A stretch of DNA of 64,000 bases from Lama guanicoe (Eukaryota), in NCBI GenBank assembly GCA_013239625.1, contig MU054187.1, forward strand, positions 10,313,231 through 10,377,230, read 5' to 3'. The notes under the pieces are model-generated. The model saw only the letters and a list, made by a program, of their open reading frames with translations, made no database searches and was not told where the DNA came from. The position numbers and the translations under genes were made by a program. Below, one piece after another: positions 36,838-50,975 of the stretch (within the stretch, counting starts at the first letter, position 1; the number at the start of each line of letters is the position of its first letter).

Positions 36838-36985
36838 GCGTGGCCCAAACTTTGCTGCACACTAGATTCAGATAAGGAGCTTTAAAAACTCCTAATCAGA
36901 GTGTTTAGGGGAGGGAGCCAGGTATCACACTTTTTAAAGATTCTCAGGTAATTCCAAAATGCAGTCAAGCTTGGGAACCATCATC
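36838..36985. mobile_element. MER5-like DNA transposon
   Basis: cccaaactttgctgcacactagattca...ttctcaggtaattcc...gcagtcaagcttgggaacca. Confidence 0.65.
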
Positions 36986-37049
36986 CTAATAAGTAACTTA
37001 CCTGTATCGACTCTCTGTCTTGGCCATTAGCACTCGGTTATCAGACTAT

Positions 37050-37990
37050 CCCAGATCACATGGGTCTGTCAGTCCAGTTCTCCATCCTCATCTCATGTGT
37101 CATAGGTGGTAGCTCATCATCCTTAATCTACTTACTCTCTCACTTGTCTTCCGGGAAACTGCACTCTGATTCTCCCTTAGTCTCTGTTTATAGCTTCCCT
37201 TCTCCTTCCTGTCCTTCTAACATGGAAGCGCTCCGGAATTCAGACCTTGATCATCTCTTATTTACCTTACACTTATCCCTTTGATGATCTCATCCAATCT
37301 TGTGGCTGAAAGTACTATTTATATGCTGACAATCCTCATATTCCCACATTTATATTTCTAGCTCTGAATTTTCTCCTAAATTCCAGGTTATTAAATCCAA
37401 CCCTTCATTCAGTTGTCTCTGCTTGGATGTCTAATAGTCATGATGATTGACATAGACAAAATAGAATGTATGATTCTTTTCTAATTTCCCCTCCAAACCT
37501 ACTCCTTCTACAGAAGCTTCCATTTGAGTTGGTGACAGTTCCATTCTTTGAGTTGCTCGGATGAAAAAGAAATCACCCTTGACCCCTCTTTCTCTGAGCA
37601 CATAGAATCTGTCAGAAAATCCTGTTGGCTCTATCCTACACAGTGTCTCCAGAATCCAGCCACATCTGACCACTTCCGCTGAGACCACCCTGGCATAAGT
37701 TGCCATTTTTCACCTACATCACCGCTAGCACCTTCTCATGCTCTCCCTGTGTCTGTCATGCTTCCCTGAGGTCTCTGCGTAGCCACTGGGGTGGCGCTTA
37801 AAGGCACAGCTCACTATGTCACTCCTCTGCCTGGCTTTCCACAACTTTTGCTGGAACCTAAGATTCTAAGGGGGCCTCCAAGGCCCATATGATGCCGTTC
37901 CCAGTCACCTCTCTGGCCTCGTCTCCAACTACTCCCCACCCCTTGCTCACTACGCAGCAGTGTGGGCAGGCGGGATACTGGCCCCCACAG
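37050..37990 (+). mobile_element. L2 LINE
   Basis: gatgatctcatccaatcttgtggc...tgcttggatgtctaatag...cagaaaatcctgttggctctatcct. Confidence 0.8.
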
Positions 37991-37994
37991 ACGC

Positions 37995-38200
37995 CCCGTC
38001 CCAATGTCTGGAACCTACGAATGTTACTCAGGGTAGCCAAAGAGACTTTGCAGATGGCATTAAGTTAAAGATCTCTAGATAAGGAGAGCCTCTTGGATTA
38101 TCAGGGTAGGCCCAATGTAATCACAAGTTTCCTTATAGGAAGGAGGCAAGAGGGTCAGATTAAATGAAGATGTGATAATGGCAGCAAGAGGTTGTGATAT
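37995..38200 (+). mobile_element. MLT1 LTR fragment
   Basis: gagactttgcagatggcattaagttaaagatct...ggcccaatgtaatcacaag. Confidence 0.75.
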
Positions 38201-40109
38201 GGCTTGGGAAAGTCACTGATTTGGCAAACCTCAGTAGCATCACCCATAACGCAGCAAAGACATTAGTGGGGATTGTATCACACTTCCGCCCCTTGGACCC
38301 CTCACAGGGTCATTCTGAAGATAAAGTAAGAAGAGCCTTGTATATTTTGAACCGATATATAAAATGTTTTATTTACATTTCGTAAATTTTATCTTATTTA
38401 TTTTGGACGCAATTTTTTACAAGTCTGGGGAAAAAGGCAAAAAAAAAAAAACAACGATTAGGTTACTTATTCTGTCATTTAATGAGTTAATCAAGCAACA
38501 GATTTATGTGCCTTCTTGGTATTTGTGGGACAACATTACAGAAAAGAACTAGACCAGATACAAAACTCCTTAAACCTTTAAGTGGATTCTTATCCATATT
38601 TAATATTATTCAACCATCTGAATTCACCTATACTGAGCCTGCAAATATGCCCTTGGTTCATGGATTTTTTTTTTTTTTTGAGAAGCTTGTAAACTGCATT
38701 GCTAAAATCCTGGTATGTAGCTTCTGTGGCAACTCCGTAACTGATAGCTGGGCAATTCTTTCCCCTATAGTGAATCCACTTGGATCTATGGGTCACCTTG
38801 ACCATCTCTTTGTTTCCTAAGTATTGGCAAGTCATAAACCATTTTAGGATTTTGCCATATATATACATATACATGCATATACATATATATAGACATATAT
38901 GAAGACATATATATATATGAAGTTTATTTGTTGATAATTTCTTGGGCTTACCTTTTGGATGAGAGATTTTTCTTTCCCCCTTGAGTCTTAAGATTCCTCT
39001 CAATTTCCCTTTGATTTCTCACTAGTAATCTATTTGGGCCCTTGACTGTAACCACACATCCCTTTTATATCTTGAGATAGAATATATTTTGGCCTGAAAG
39101 CATGGTAATGTTTACTGTGACCAAATATTCTTTTACTCCATTGTATCTAGGGATTCGGTTCCCTTTTAACAATGCTTGTCTTATCTGCACAGTATGAAGA
39201 CCATTCTTCTCAATAGACAAGGAGACTTTGTGAGCACTGCCAGGTGATTTTGTACTCCCAATCTTAAGGCATCAGTTTTGATACAGAACTAGGCGTTCTG
39301 TTTTCCAACATGACTACCAGATTTAATTTCACAGAGACAAGTTTTATGTTTTTCCCTAGACATTTTGTTTTTATTCATTAATTTCATTTCCCTCCATTGG
39401 CTTTATTTTGTCCTTTTATAAAAAAAAATTAGAAAACTTCACTTAACTTTTGGGTTCTTGATATGATAAGGGTGATTTAGGATTTTAGTATATAGCCCTC
39501 GAGTTGGATTAGTTCCCAAGTTTTAAGATATTCCACTTTCTAATATGAGAAAATGTAAAATGTGTACCTGGCACAGTTTCCCAGGGGAAAAACTCACTGA
39601 AATGTGTTGCTGTTCCCTTTTATCAGCTCCAGAAATAGCTGCAGTGTGTTCCTTTGCCCTGCGTGAGAAACGCCAGCCCTCCCCTTGCAGTAGTCTCTAA
39701 AGATGTCAGATCTCTCTAGTGAACCAATTTTATTAACTGGACAGCTTGGTTTTTTACTAAACAAGGAAACTATGAAAATAAGGACAGAAAGATAAAATTT
39801 CTTGTTAATTAGCTCACTCCAAAGTTAATGTTAAGACAATCATATGTCACATATTTTATTTTGCCTCACCAGCAAACTGAAAGCAATTTCTCAATAATCT
39901 GTAACTTCCTACTTTTTCGCTTCATAAAGAGATATTCAGCTCTAAAAAGATGAATTACATGGGTGTCCTTCACTCTGTGGAAAGGAAACATCTAGAAAAG
40001 TAACTCTTCAAAAATGCTGATTTACATTATACCTTTGAAAATGTTCCCCCTGTGATCTCCATTTCTTGCTGTTTTGCCCTTCTGACTGGGGAAGCTGAAA
40101 CGGTGTCAT

Positions 40110-40370
40110 CTTCATGGTCATGATTGTAGTAACTAACAGTGAGCGCCTCACCATGTGTTAGGGGCTGTGAAAAGGACAGGGTGTCATCATACTCAGTCCT
40201 CACTGCAGCACCGTGAAGAAGATGCTGTATTATTGTCCTTGATAGAAAAAAGAAGCAGTGATTCACAGAGGTTAATAAAATTGCCCAGTTCAGACAGTTA
40301 TTAACTGGCAGAGTCTAAATTTTAAAGCAAGTGTGCCTGACCTGGATGGAGGCTTGCTCTTATCCACTGT
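40110..40370 (-). mobile_element. MIR SINE
   Basis: cagaggttaataaaattgcccagttcagacagtta. Confidence 0.6.
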
Positions 40371-40532
40371 GTAATATGTTCTTCTGAGCTTAGCCACCAT
40401 TAGAGACCCCCCTGGAAGTTCAGTTCTCCTCTCAAGTGACTCCTGCATTTTTTCTAAGGGTCTCTAAGATGTGTCCCACGGGTATGCATTGATAGCACTC
40501 TGGAGTTAACCTTGGGAATCTTCCATTTCCCT

Positions 40533-41198
40533 ACAGTATGACGCCTCCTCAAGAAAACTGAAAATAGAGTTACCAAATGATCCAGCCATTCTGCTTCTAG
40601 GTATAAATCTGAAGAAAATAAAAATACTAATTCAAAAAGATACACCCACCCTAATGTTCATAGCAGCATTATTTACAATAGCCAAGATATGGAAGCAATC
40701 TAAGTGTCCATCAACAGATGAATATATAAAGGAGATGTGGTGTATATCTGCAATGGAACATTACTCATCCATACAATAGAATGGAATTCGGCCATTTGCA
40801 ACAGCATGGATGGACGTAGAGGGTATTTATGCTTAGTGAAATAAATAGAAAGAGAAAGACAAATACTATATAATATCTTATATGTGGAATCTAGAAATTA
40901 AAACAAAAAATTTATATAACAAAACAGAAATACAATGTGGAGAATAAACTAGTGGTTACCAGAAAGGAGAGGGAAGCAGGGAGGGGCAAGATACGGGTAT
41001 GGGATGAAGAGGTACAAACTACTATGTATAAAATAAATAAGCTACAAGAATACATTGTACTGCACAGAGAATATAGCCAATATTTTATAACTTTAAATGG
41101 AGTATAATCTATAAAAATATTAAATCACTATGGTGCACACCTGAAACTAACATAATACTGTAAGTCAAGTATATGTCAATAAAGAAAAAGAAAAAAAA
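40533..41198 (+). mobile_element. L1MA-like 3' end
   Basis: aaactgaaaatagagttacc...atggaagcaatctaagtgtccatcaacagatgaat...caataaagaaaaagaaaaaaaa. Confidence 0.9.
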
Positions 41199-41544
41199 GT
41201 CATATAAAATCCATGTTTGCAACTCCTCAGACCTAGACACGTGTGTCACAGTAGGGTTTCAGTAAGTCTGTGTGGGATTGCTGTGAACATCTGTCACTTC
41301 CTACAGGTCACCTCCATTGGGATGTCTGGTCACTGCGTCAAGGCCAGTTCATTCAGAATGATCACAGTGTCTCTCAGCAAGTTGATTTTCCATTCCAACT
41401 TCTCCAGTTTTCTCTTCTTCTAGGTTAGAAAACTGGAAGTCACCTTGGGTTCTCCCATCCTATTATCTCATAACACTTTGACTATTTTCAAGCTGCAATT
41501 CTGCTCTGCTTGAAAGGTCTTCATGGTTTACTCTTAATCTCTGC

Positions 41545-41750
41545 CACGTCCCAACTCTGTGACCCTGGTAAGCTATTTAACCACTCTGTGTCTCAGCTTC
41601 CCCTTGTGCAAAGTGAAATAATTTTCTTTTTTTAATCTTCTAGACTGGGGTTGTTGTGAGAATAAGTTGTACATTTAGAACGCTTAAACAGTGCCTGGCA
41701 CACAGAGAGTGCTGAATAAATGTTTGATATGATTGTTACTATTATTTTCA
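41545..41750 (+). mobile_element. MIR SINE
   Basis: tgtgaccctggtaagctatttaaccactctgtgtctcagcttcccc...aacagtgcctggcacacag. Confidence 0.8.
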
Positions 41751-42064
41751 ATATCATTACATCAATATGGGATTATTGTGATGGTCTCCTAGCAGGTATG
41801 CTTACCCATCCCCTATCCTTCTTGAATAAAACTTCCCAACCACCCTTTTAAAGCCATTTGAATCATATTTTTATGCCAGAGAACATATAACGGCCCTGTG
41901 CTACTCATTTAATCAAGCACACAATTTTCTGCCTCGTGCGTTCCACAACATGTTCTTGCCTTTCTTATCATTCATTTACTCATCCGTTCAACAAAAATAT
42001 GCCAGGCACTATGCTAAGCATTAGGGATATGATGATGGATAAAAATAAGACATTGTTTCTTCCA

Positions 42065-42311
42065 GAGAAACCAGAGAGACTACTCAGTCACTCTCCCTTT
42101 CTCTCCATGCGAGCACACCAAGGAAAGGCCATGTGAGGACACAGCAAGAAGGCGGCTGTCTGCAGCCCAAGGAGAGAGCCCTCCCAGACATCAGTCCTAC
42201 TGGCACCTTGATCTTGGACTTCCAACCTCCAGAACTCCAAGAAAATAAATTTCTGTTGTTTAAGCATCCAGTCTATGGCATTTTGTTAGGCCGACTAACC
42301 TGACTAGGACA
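42065..42311 (+). mobile_element. MLT1A/B LTR 3' part, within an L2 (about 41965-42720, minus)
   Basis: ggccatgtgaggacacagcaagaagg...ggcaccttgatcttggacttccaacctccagaact...aataaatttctgttgtttaagc...actaggaca. Confidence 0.85.
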
Positions 42312-44479
42312 GAAGGTAATTCAGTAGCTGAGCAGGAGGATGGGAGTTGGGAAAAGACAAGAGACTAGGCTGAAAAGTAAGTGATAACTACAATATCGAA
42401 GGTCTTGTGTCTCAGGGCGGGGCTTCTCCCGGGAAGCACTAGGTGAGTCATGGAACGGTTTTAAGCAAAAGAGTTAGTTACATGTACCATTTGATACTGG
42501 GAGGGTCATTCTGTGGAGGAGGGGTTCAAGGCAGGCAGTAGTGGAGGCAGGAGGGGCCATTTGATAGCTGTAGCAGGAATAGAGGTGAACTGCAGTGAGG
42601 TCCCGAGTTAAGGTGGAGGCTGTGGGGATGGAGAAAAGTGGATGGATGTGAGGTTTGACATGATGACAGCTGCCAACTGAGTGGACTGGTGGGAGATGTG
42701 GGAAGACTCTTGAAGATACCAGCAGCCTCAGTCAGTCTCACTCTGAAGGGAGCCTACCCCTCTCCAATATGCTTGTCTCCGTGACCCTCACCTGTTAAAA
42801 CCTCCCCAAACTGAAGCCTCCAACCTCTGCAAAATGTCTCAAGACTGATATGAAGTCATTCCTCACTGTATTCTACTTTCTCTCACTTACATAGTCTAAC
42901 CACACAATTTAGCTTTTGATTATATATTATGTGCATGGGTATCAGGTATATCCTTCCAGTTTTACTGTAAGCTCTTTAAGGCCAGGAGCCATGTGATAAC
43001 TTTCTTCCTGTAATTACCAAGGCCAGCACACTATCGAAGCTGTTCTCAACCCCTCTTTCTTTCTGTGACACTCATGAAAGGTGGTGTTCACATGTCCCTC
43101 ATGCAAAGTCTAGGTGTCACTGTAACTCCACCCATTTCCATCCTGCTCAGGAAAGCAAATCAGAATGATCACAAACACTAGAGGGATAACTTTAAAGTAA
43201 TCTAACTTGCAAAGAAGAAAGAAAATCATCTACTGTGGTCAGTAGATCAGTAGTGGTGCTATGTGTGGTAACGACTTACTTTGTAACTGGTGTGTCGTGA
43301 TGTCAATATTGAAAACTGTACCAAGGGTAATTCCTTGAAGGCAAAGACTGTGTCTCTCTCATCCTTATACAGCCAATGCCAACACCATGCACACCCGCCA
43401 AAGAGGTAAATGCTTAGGGAATGATAACACCTGGGCTGGGATGCTGTGAGGGAACAGGTACCACTGATCCACGGCATCAAAGCTGCCCTGGTATATTCAA
43501 AGTTGCAGGAAAAAGTTTTCTGATTTTTTAAATAACATTTCCAGAAAATGTGTAATTTCTGGGAGTCTCATGTTGTAGCTAACAGAATTTATTTCCTGTG
43601 AATTTATTTCAAATGGAAGAGAATTTTCCTCACTGTAGGCCAATGGTGAGAAGAATGTTAAGATTGTCATATGCTTATGAAGGGTAATAATAAGTTTTAT
43701 ATTTTTGAGAAGGAGAAAAATAAAAACACAGCTTTCTCTGTGTCCCTTTTCCCTCCCCCCCAAAAGAAGCCTGAAAAGGTGAGCAGAGGAAAAAGAGCTA
43801 GCCGTCCTCTCTCAGAGGAGCAGGGTTTAGAGTTCAACAATGAATTTCTACAGAGTTGGTGTGTGCTTGGCAGTTTTATAGGAAGGAGGGCTCCTGGGCC
43901 ATTTTGCCTGTTCTTTTATGTTGAGTGCAGCTTTTAACCCATTCATGCCTCCAGGAGACTGATTCAAGAGGCAATCTGAAAGGATGACTAAGACAGAAAT
44001 CTCTAAAACCAGCCCTTTGGAGTAAGGGCAGACACATTGCTCCAGAAGTCCTGATTAGGAAATCTGTAACACGAAGAGTTGTTGGCTTCCACGAATGCAG
44101 GTCACAAAGACCAAGCCCTCACAGGAAATATTACACACACTTAGGGACCCTGCTTGGACAGTCCTGAGTTTGGGGAGCTCAGTGTCTGAGAAGTCAACAG
44201 TGGGTAGTCTAAATCCTGGGGCTTAACCACCCACAATTGCTTTTTGGTCCTCCAAGGATATTTTAGGATGCTATTATTTTAAGAATGAGTTATGTTTAAA
44301 AAATTGTAATAGAAAGAATTACAGGATACAGAATATCTACTCTCAAGTGGATAAGATTCTGATGCTTCTGAACTTGAGAAAAGTTGGGGAGAGGGTGGGG
44401 TTCACTCAACAGTAATTAACAAGAGTTGAATTTAGATGGGATAAAGGTTCTGCAAAGCACCTAGGTGTCTGTATTTTTC

Positions 44480-44680
44480 AACATTCACTATGTTAATACA
44501 CAGCACCTTTACATGCATTCTTTCACTTATTTCATTCACAACAACTTTTAGAGTGCTGGCTGTTATTTACGTATTTAACACATGATGAAATTGAAACCCA
44601 GAGAATTAGGTGACTTGCCCAAAGTCGCTTGGGAGATGAGATTGAATTGCAAAACAGCTCTCTGGATTCCAGACAGTCCA
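44480..44680 (-). mobile_element. MIR SINE
   Basis: catgatgaaattgaaacccagagaattaggtgacttgcccaaagtc. Confidence 0.7.
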
Positions 44681-45166
44681 GAGAGCATGGAGGGGATCTC
44701 TGTGTAGAATTTAAATATTAGGCAAGCCACAACTGGGGGGCAGGGGCAGATCCATCTAGTCTGTTTTCCTGGACTGCATTGCTTCTGTCTAGTTCTCTTC
44801 TGTGCATCATTACTAGGGAGTGATGCTGAAGAACTTCTCAAGGAGTTGGAGATGGAAGAAATGATGGATTTTGTCAGCCATCTGTTGGTGTGAGCCATGT
44901 CTTAGCATGACCAAGAAATAGTTTGTGATTATGCAGCAGAAAAGAAGAGTTGGAAATTTGCCTAACTCCAACCAAAGCACCTAGAAATAAAGAGTAAGGC
45001 AGAATATGAATTTAATTTGGTAAGGGGAAACCTGATTTGAAGAAAGGCTGTATGAATGAGTCAGGTTGCAGGGGATGCTAACCTGAGTGGATGGGACTGT
45101 GTTTCATTATATTTGGTTTCATTTAAAATCTTATGTATTAGAGTATGCTTTAAAAAATATTCTGAG

Positions 45167-45307
45167 CCTGGGCATACATCTGGAGGAAACTCTAATTCAA
45201 AAAGATACATGCACCCCAATATTCATAGCAACACTACTTACAATAGTCAAGACATGGAAGCAACCTAAATGTCCATTGACAGATGATTCAGTAAAGAAGT
45301 TGTGGTG

Positions 45308-45403
<96 letters not shown>

Positions 45404-45860
45404 GGAATACTACTCAGCCATAAAAAAGAATAAAATAATACCACTTGCAGCAACATGGATGGACCTGGAGATCATCATTCTAAGAGAAGTAAGCCAGAAA
45501 GAAAAAGAAAAATACCATATGATATCATTCATATGTGGAATCTGAAAAAAAAGAACATAAATGAATTTATTTACAAAACAGAGACAGACTCATAGACATA
45601 GAAAACAAACTTACGGTTACTGGGGGAAGGGAGTGGGAGGGATAAATTGGGAGGTCAGGATTTGCAGATACTACCTACTATACATAATAGATAAACAACA
45701 AGTTCCTACTGTATAGCACAGGGAACTACATTCAATACCTTGTAATGGCATATAATGAAAATGAATATGAAAAGAAATACATACATAAATGAATCACTAT
45801 GCTGTATGCCAGAAATTAATACAACATTGTAAATCAACTATAGTTCAATAAAAAAAAAGA
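45167..45860 (+). mobile_element. Lineage-specific L1 3' end with TSD, interrupting a hAT-like remnant
   Basis: ORF2 C-terminal peptide (TCTPIFIATLLTIVKTWKQPKCP...MEYYSAIKKN), then 3'UTR and poly-A. The TSD aaaa(a/t)(a/t)tattctgag is at 45152-45166 and 45860-45874. Confidence 0.92.
45314..45401. repeat. (TG)19-TATATA-(CA)n compound microsatellite
   Basis: Seen directly. Confidence 0.95.
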
Positions 45861-46226
45861 AAATTTATTCTGAGAAGGGATTCAGGGGATTTGTCAGACT
45901 GCCAAAGACGTGGGTGGCCAACAAACTTAGTAACCCTAGACGTCATAACGTTAAAAGGGGGCGTGAAAGTCCAGAACTAGATGATGGTGTCCATCCAAGC
46001 CCTGCTTGGAAGAGAGGTATCCTGTCAGGCCAGTGTGAGGACCACATGCCTGGCAGAAACCTGCCCACTTTAGAGATGGATGCAGCAAGATAACAGTGCC
46101 TGATGCCATAAAACACAAAAGTGTACACTTTACCCCCGTCCTCTGATCAAATTAAAGAACCCCCTAGAATATGGCTTTCCATGCACCCCTTCTTTTGGCT
46201 GCTTTCTCAAGCAGATGTGAATGTCC

Positions 46227-46240
46227 CGCCACCTGGTGGC
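46227..46240 (-). promoter_or_regulatory. Candidate CTCF site
   Basis: Minus-strand GCCACCAGGTGGCG matches the CTCF core consensus. Confidence 0.6.
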
Positions 46241-48433
46241 TACATTGTTAATATAAATTAGTAAATTGGCATTCTGCTTTCTATCCATCCTTCTGTGTGA
46301 GCCTGCAGAACCGAGGACAAAACCTTGTGCTCCTGGGGAATTCACCACTGCTATTTTGTGAGCAGCTGGTCAACCAGCCAGCCTTCTCCTCAGAAATGAG
46401 AATGGCTTCCGTTGCAAATCACAATGCTGTTTCTACCAAGAAATTGGTGGAAGTTATTTTTTGCTTGCTCTTCATAATGAGGTATGTGTGAACAATTATA
46501 ATCAAAAGAGATTACTCTTTCTTCTTTTACTGATTTACAGGTAGGGAAATCAGGGAACCATAAATCTAAGGCAACATGGCTCCATGTCTGCATCTACCTA
46601 AATGCTGGACTGGGTGCCTTGACAACCCAGACACAGGACATGCTGACCAGAATCACACAGTCTAACATGCAAGGTCCTGCATAGGTACCAAGAACCCAAA
46701 GATGCATTTCCTCTGCTCAAGGAGCCCACAATGGTGTCGTGTTGGTATAAATATTGTAGTGTTACAGTCAGCAGGAATTAAAATCTGTTAACACTCCATG
46801 TTTCTTCCAAGTGATTTGCAACAACTTCTCCAAATTGTGACCAATTTTCTCCTAGCAGTTTCTGGCACATCATAAGTACTCTGTTGGTTTGGCAGAGCTG
46901 AAATGCAATGCTCCTTTGGTTTTAGAAGCTAAGTTTCTCCAAGCCCCCACTCATCCATTGTTGTCCTATATGTGCAAAAAGAACATTCCTGATAGGAATG
47001 ACGTTCATTTGTACAAGCGTGGTTTCACACAAAGTCTTTTGTTCAGTTTTGTTTAGTTTTGTTTTTCCAAGTTGCAAGACACAGAGACATGCTCAGAGAC
47101 ACTATGTGCTCAGAGAGATCACAGAAACATCTGTGGTGGTAGGAATTTCTATAAGGATACATAATGAATGATACCTGCAATTTCATAGCCAGGCACGAAG
47201 GGAGTGAGATGCCATTCGTGGCTGTTCAGTCTGCTGCCGTTGCTGCATCAAAATCAGGCATCTGGCATTCCCCACTCTCTGTTCCAGTTACAACACTCTT
47301 CTGGAGCCTCAGTTTCTATTGCTGTGCTCGATGCCAAGCTACAGCCTCTCCGCCACCTCCTACTGCCTTCTTCACGGTTGTCCCGCGCTCTGTGTCATGA
47401 TGGCTTGTGCCTGCTTCCCGGATGCTTTTGCCACCTGGCTTCTGCTTCCATTGAGACTTCTCCAGAAAGAAAACGTAATTGCATTGGGTTGACATGCTTT
47501 AGCGCAGAGTGCCTCTGTGGGGTTCTCAGGCTAAACCACTTTGTAGGCTGCTGATCATAGTCGCTGACTCAGATCCTAATCCCATTTGCTTGTGGCCAAG
47601 ATGATGGGGTCACATAACATAAGGTATGAAACCTGTGGGTAAGAGAGGCTGCTGACTGCTTGGAGGCTGGTGAGAGTGGGCGAGGAAGGCATTTGTAACT
47701 CAAATGCTATTCATGACAGTCACCAAAGCAGCAGTGTTGGCTCAGACCAAAGCTTGACCGTATTCGATTCCATTCTAGGAGGTAATGTGCAGCAGAGTAC
47801 ATGCGCATTTAGGCATTATTATTGAGAATCTGTGTCCTTAATTATAGACTGTATGCTGCTAATTTACCACACCATATGTTCCAGAACCAGAACTAAAGCT
47901 GTCGGTTTCCATTTTCATTCAGATGTGGCTCACACTGAACATTTCCCTGAGGACCTGTTGCCCAGTGTGTAGGTGGTGATGGCTCCCTCAAAACCTTTGG
48001 ATTGTAGAAAGGGTTTCATTTGCTTCTATAATTACCTATTTGGGGCCTGACAGAGGAGCTGAAAAACTGGAAAAATTGCTTGGTTGTAAAGTCCAAGTTA
48101 AAGCGATGATTTGCTTGTTCCAGCAAAAGTGATGATAATAACAATAAAAATATTTCAGTCTTGACATTTCCCGTTTAGGATGTATGGAATCCTTTAGCAG
48201 CAGAGTTTCTTGTTGAAAACTTCTCTATCACCTTTCAGGGATATCTATTTAGGGCTCAAGTCCTGCAGGAACTGTTCGCTGCCCTGTAGAATGGACCAGG
48301 CTCCTCCCAAACTCTTGCGTTCAAGGCTCATCTTTAGGGATGCACTGTATGGAATCTCACTGCCTGGGCTACAGAAACGAGAAAGAAGGTGCATGCTCTT
48401 CCTCCATTAGATGGAATTAAAACTGTTGTTCAG

Positions 48434-49715
48434 TCCCTCACAACATACACAAAAGTAAACTCAAAATGGCTTAAGGACTTAAATATAAGACATGACACCA
48501 TAAAACTCCCAGAAGAGAACATAGGCAAAACATTCTGTGACATAAATTGTATCAACATCCTCTTAGGTCAGTCTCCCAAGGAAACAGAAATAAAAGCAAA
48601 AACAAAACAAAACAAAACAAATGGGACCTAATCAAACTTACAAGCTTCTGTAAAGCAAAGGAAACCATAAACAAAATGAAAAGACAACTTACAGATTGGG
48701 AGCAAATATTTGCAAATGATGCTACTGACAAGGACTTAATTTCCAAAATATATAAACAGCTCGTACAACTCAATACAAAGAAACAAACAACTCAATCAAA
48801 AAATGGGCAGAAGACTTAAATAGAGATTTCTCCAAAGAAGACATACACATGGCCAACAGGCACATGAAAATTTGCTCAACATTGATAATTATTAGAGAAA
48901 TGCAAACCAAAACTACAATGAATTATCACTTCACACCAGTCAGAAATAGTCTACAAATAATAAATGCTGGGGAGGGTGTGGAGAACCCATGTATACTGTT
49001 AGTGGGAACATAAATTGGTGCAGCCATTATGGAGAACAATATGGAGTCTCCTTAAAAACTGAAAATAGAGTTACTATATGATCCAGCAATCCCACTCCTG
49101 GGCATCTATCCAGAAAAGATGAGCTCTAATTTGAAAAGACACATGCACCCCAATATTCATAGTAGCATTATTTAGAATAGCCAAGACATGGAAGCAATCT
49201 AAGTGTCCATCAACAGAAGAATGGATAAAGAAGTTGTGGTATATATGTACAATGGAATATTACTCAGCCATAAAAAAGAATGAAATAATGCCATTTGAAG
49301 CAACATAGATGGACCTAGAGATTATCATACTAAGTGCAGTAAGTTAGACAGAGAGAGACAAATATTATATGGTGTCACTTACACATGGAATCTAAAAGAT
49401 AGGACAAATGAGCTCACTTACAAAACAGAAGTGAGACTCACAGACATGGAAAATTGCCAAAGGGGCAGAGGGAAAGGGATAAATTGGGAGTATGGGATTA
49501 ACATATGCACATACCATATATAAAATAGATAAACAACAAAGATTCATTGTACAGCACAGGGAACTAAATTCAATATCTTATAACAAGCTGTAATGGAAAG
49601 AATAAAAAAAGAATATAGATATATACATATGAATGTGTAACAAGTAATTTTGCTGTACGCCTAAAGCTAAAACAGTATTGTAAATCAGCTAGACTTCAAT
49701 AAATAACAGAAATTA
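48434..49715 (+). mobile_element. L1 ORF2 C-terminus and 3'UTR
   Basis: ORF peptides YTKVNSKWLKDLNIRHDTIKLPEENIGK and [23 protein letters not shown], then the 3'UTR tail cttcaataaa. Confidence 0.93.
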
Positions 49716-50079
49716 AAACTAAGATTAAAACACCTGCTGTTCAGGGCCTACATGAGGCTCCTTGCAGGGCTGATCACAGGATGGAACTGCCCATGCTTCA
49801 GGCTGCTCTAATCGTACCCATTCTGTGTCTGACCAAGTCAGAACTCTGCTAAATAAATGGAAGCCTGCTAAGACCATCTTAGTTCCTGTGTTTGGCTGGA
49901 AGGGAAGATACACATAATTTTCACAGGCAATCTCCAAAAAGATTATCTTTGTTCTGGGTTGTGGCCAACACTTATATCTCAGGGCAGGATGTTATATGCA
50001 GTGACTGGTGGGAGAAGGGGTGAAGCTGGTTAGATTTTAGTTCTTGAAGTCTCCCAGCCTTACCAAAATATATGTCATG

Positions 50080-50336
50080 AGTGAGTGGCATGATTATTCT
50101 CTGTGTCTCAAGGCCTTGGCAGGTCCAAGGTTCCAGGAAAGCCCCCCTCCCCTTACACCTCAGGCCTGTGGGTGGTAGTGGTTTCCGGCTGTTGCTAGTC
50201 TCCGAGCATGCTTCAACACCTGTTGGTTCCCTTAACCCGGCTACACCACAGCAAACAATTCCTTCACCAGAAAGGATTCCTTAAAAATCCCAGGTGATGA
50301 TGCCATCTGTCTAATTCCAGGACCTTGACTGAAACA
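50080..50336 (+). mobile_element. LTR33/LTR41-like ERVL LTR remnant
   Basis: Ends gccatctg...ccaggaccttgactgaaaca. Confidence 0.5.
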
Positions 50337-50479
50337 CCTCGTATGCAAACATCCTCGTTGTTAAGATAGTTGGGTTTCCAAAGTAGATAACTCCCTTTCC
50401 CACTTCTGAGACTTATCAATAGGGTAGCAACTTATGCTTATATGTTTAAAATAATTTCTTTAAATTATTAATAGCATAT

Positions 50480-50975
50480 TTATAGAAAGCCACAGTTTTA
50501 TTTCCAGTTTTGATCCAGGCCCAAATGAAATGAATGCCTTAATGGAAGATCACTGTGGTTCAGTCCCCGAAGGCTCGCTCTCCTTTAACAATATTTATGA
50601 CTGTCAGCAGGGGGGCATTGGGAGGGGCTAGACGCCACCCACATTCTTGGCTTGTGGCCCTGCGCCGCATCTTCAACGCTAGCAATTGTGGGTCAGTTCC
50701 CTCTCACACTTCTAATCTCTCCTGCTGCTTCTTTTGTCTCATCTTTCTGGACCCCCTGCTTCTGCTTCCTTCTTCTGATTTTAAACATATGCTTATGGCA
50801 ACGATGGAGGAAACCAGGATACAGGTATACTAGCTCATGCAACTAGACTGTTCCACCTTGATAATTGAGGAAAATCTCTCCCTCTTAAGGCCCTTAACCT
50901 CAGTTATCTCTGCAAGTCCCTTTGCCACGGAAGGTAACATATTCACAGGTTCTGGGAGGCTACTATTCTGCCTGC
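50480..50975 (-). mobile_element. MLT1 LTR
   Basis: cccttaacctcagttatctctgcaagtccctttgccacggaaggtaacatattcacaggttctggga. Confidence 0.75.
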
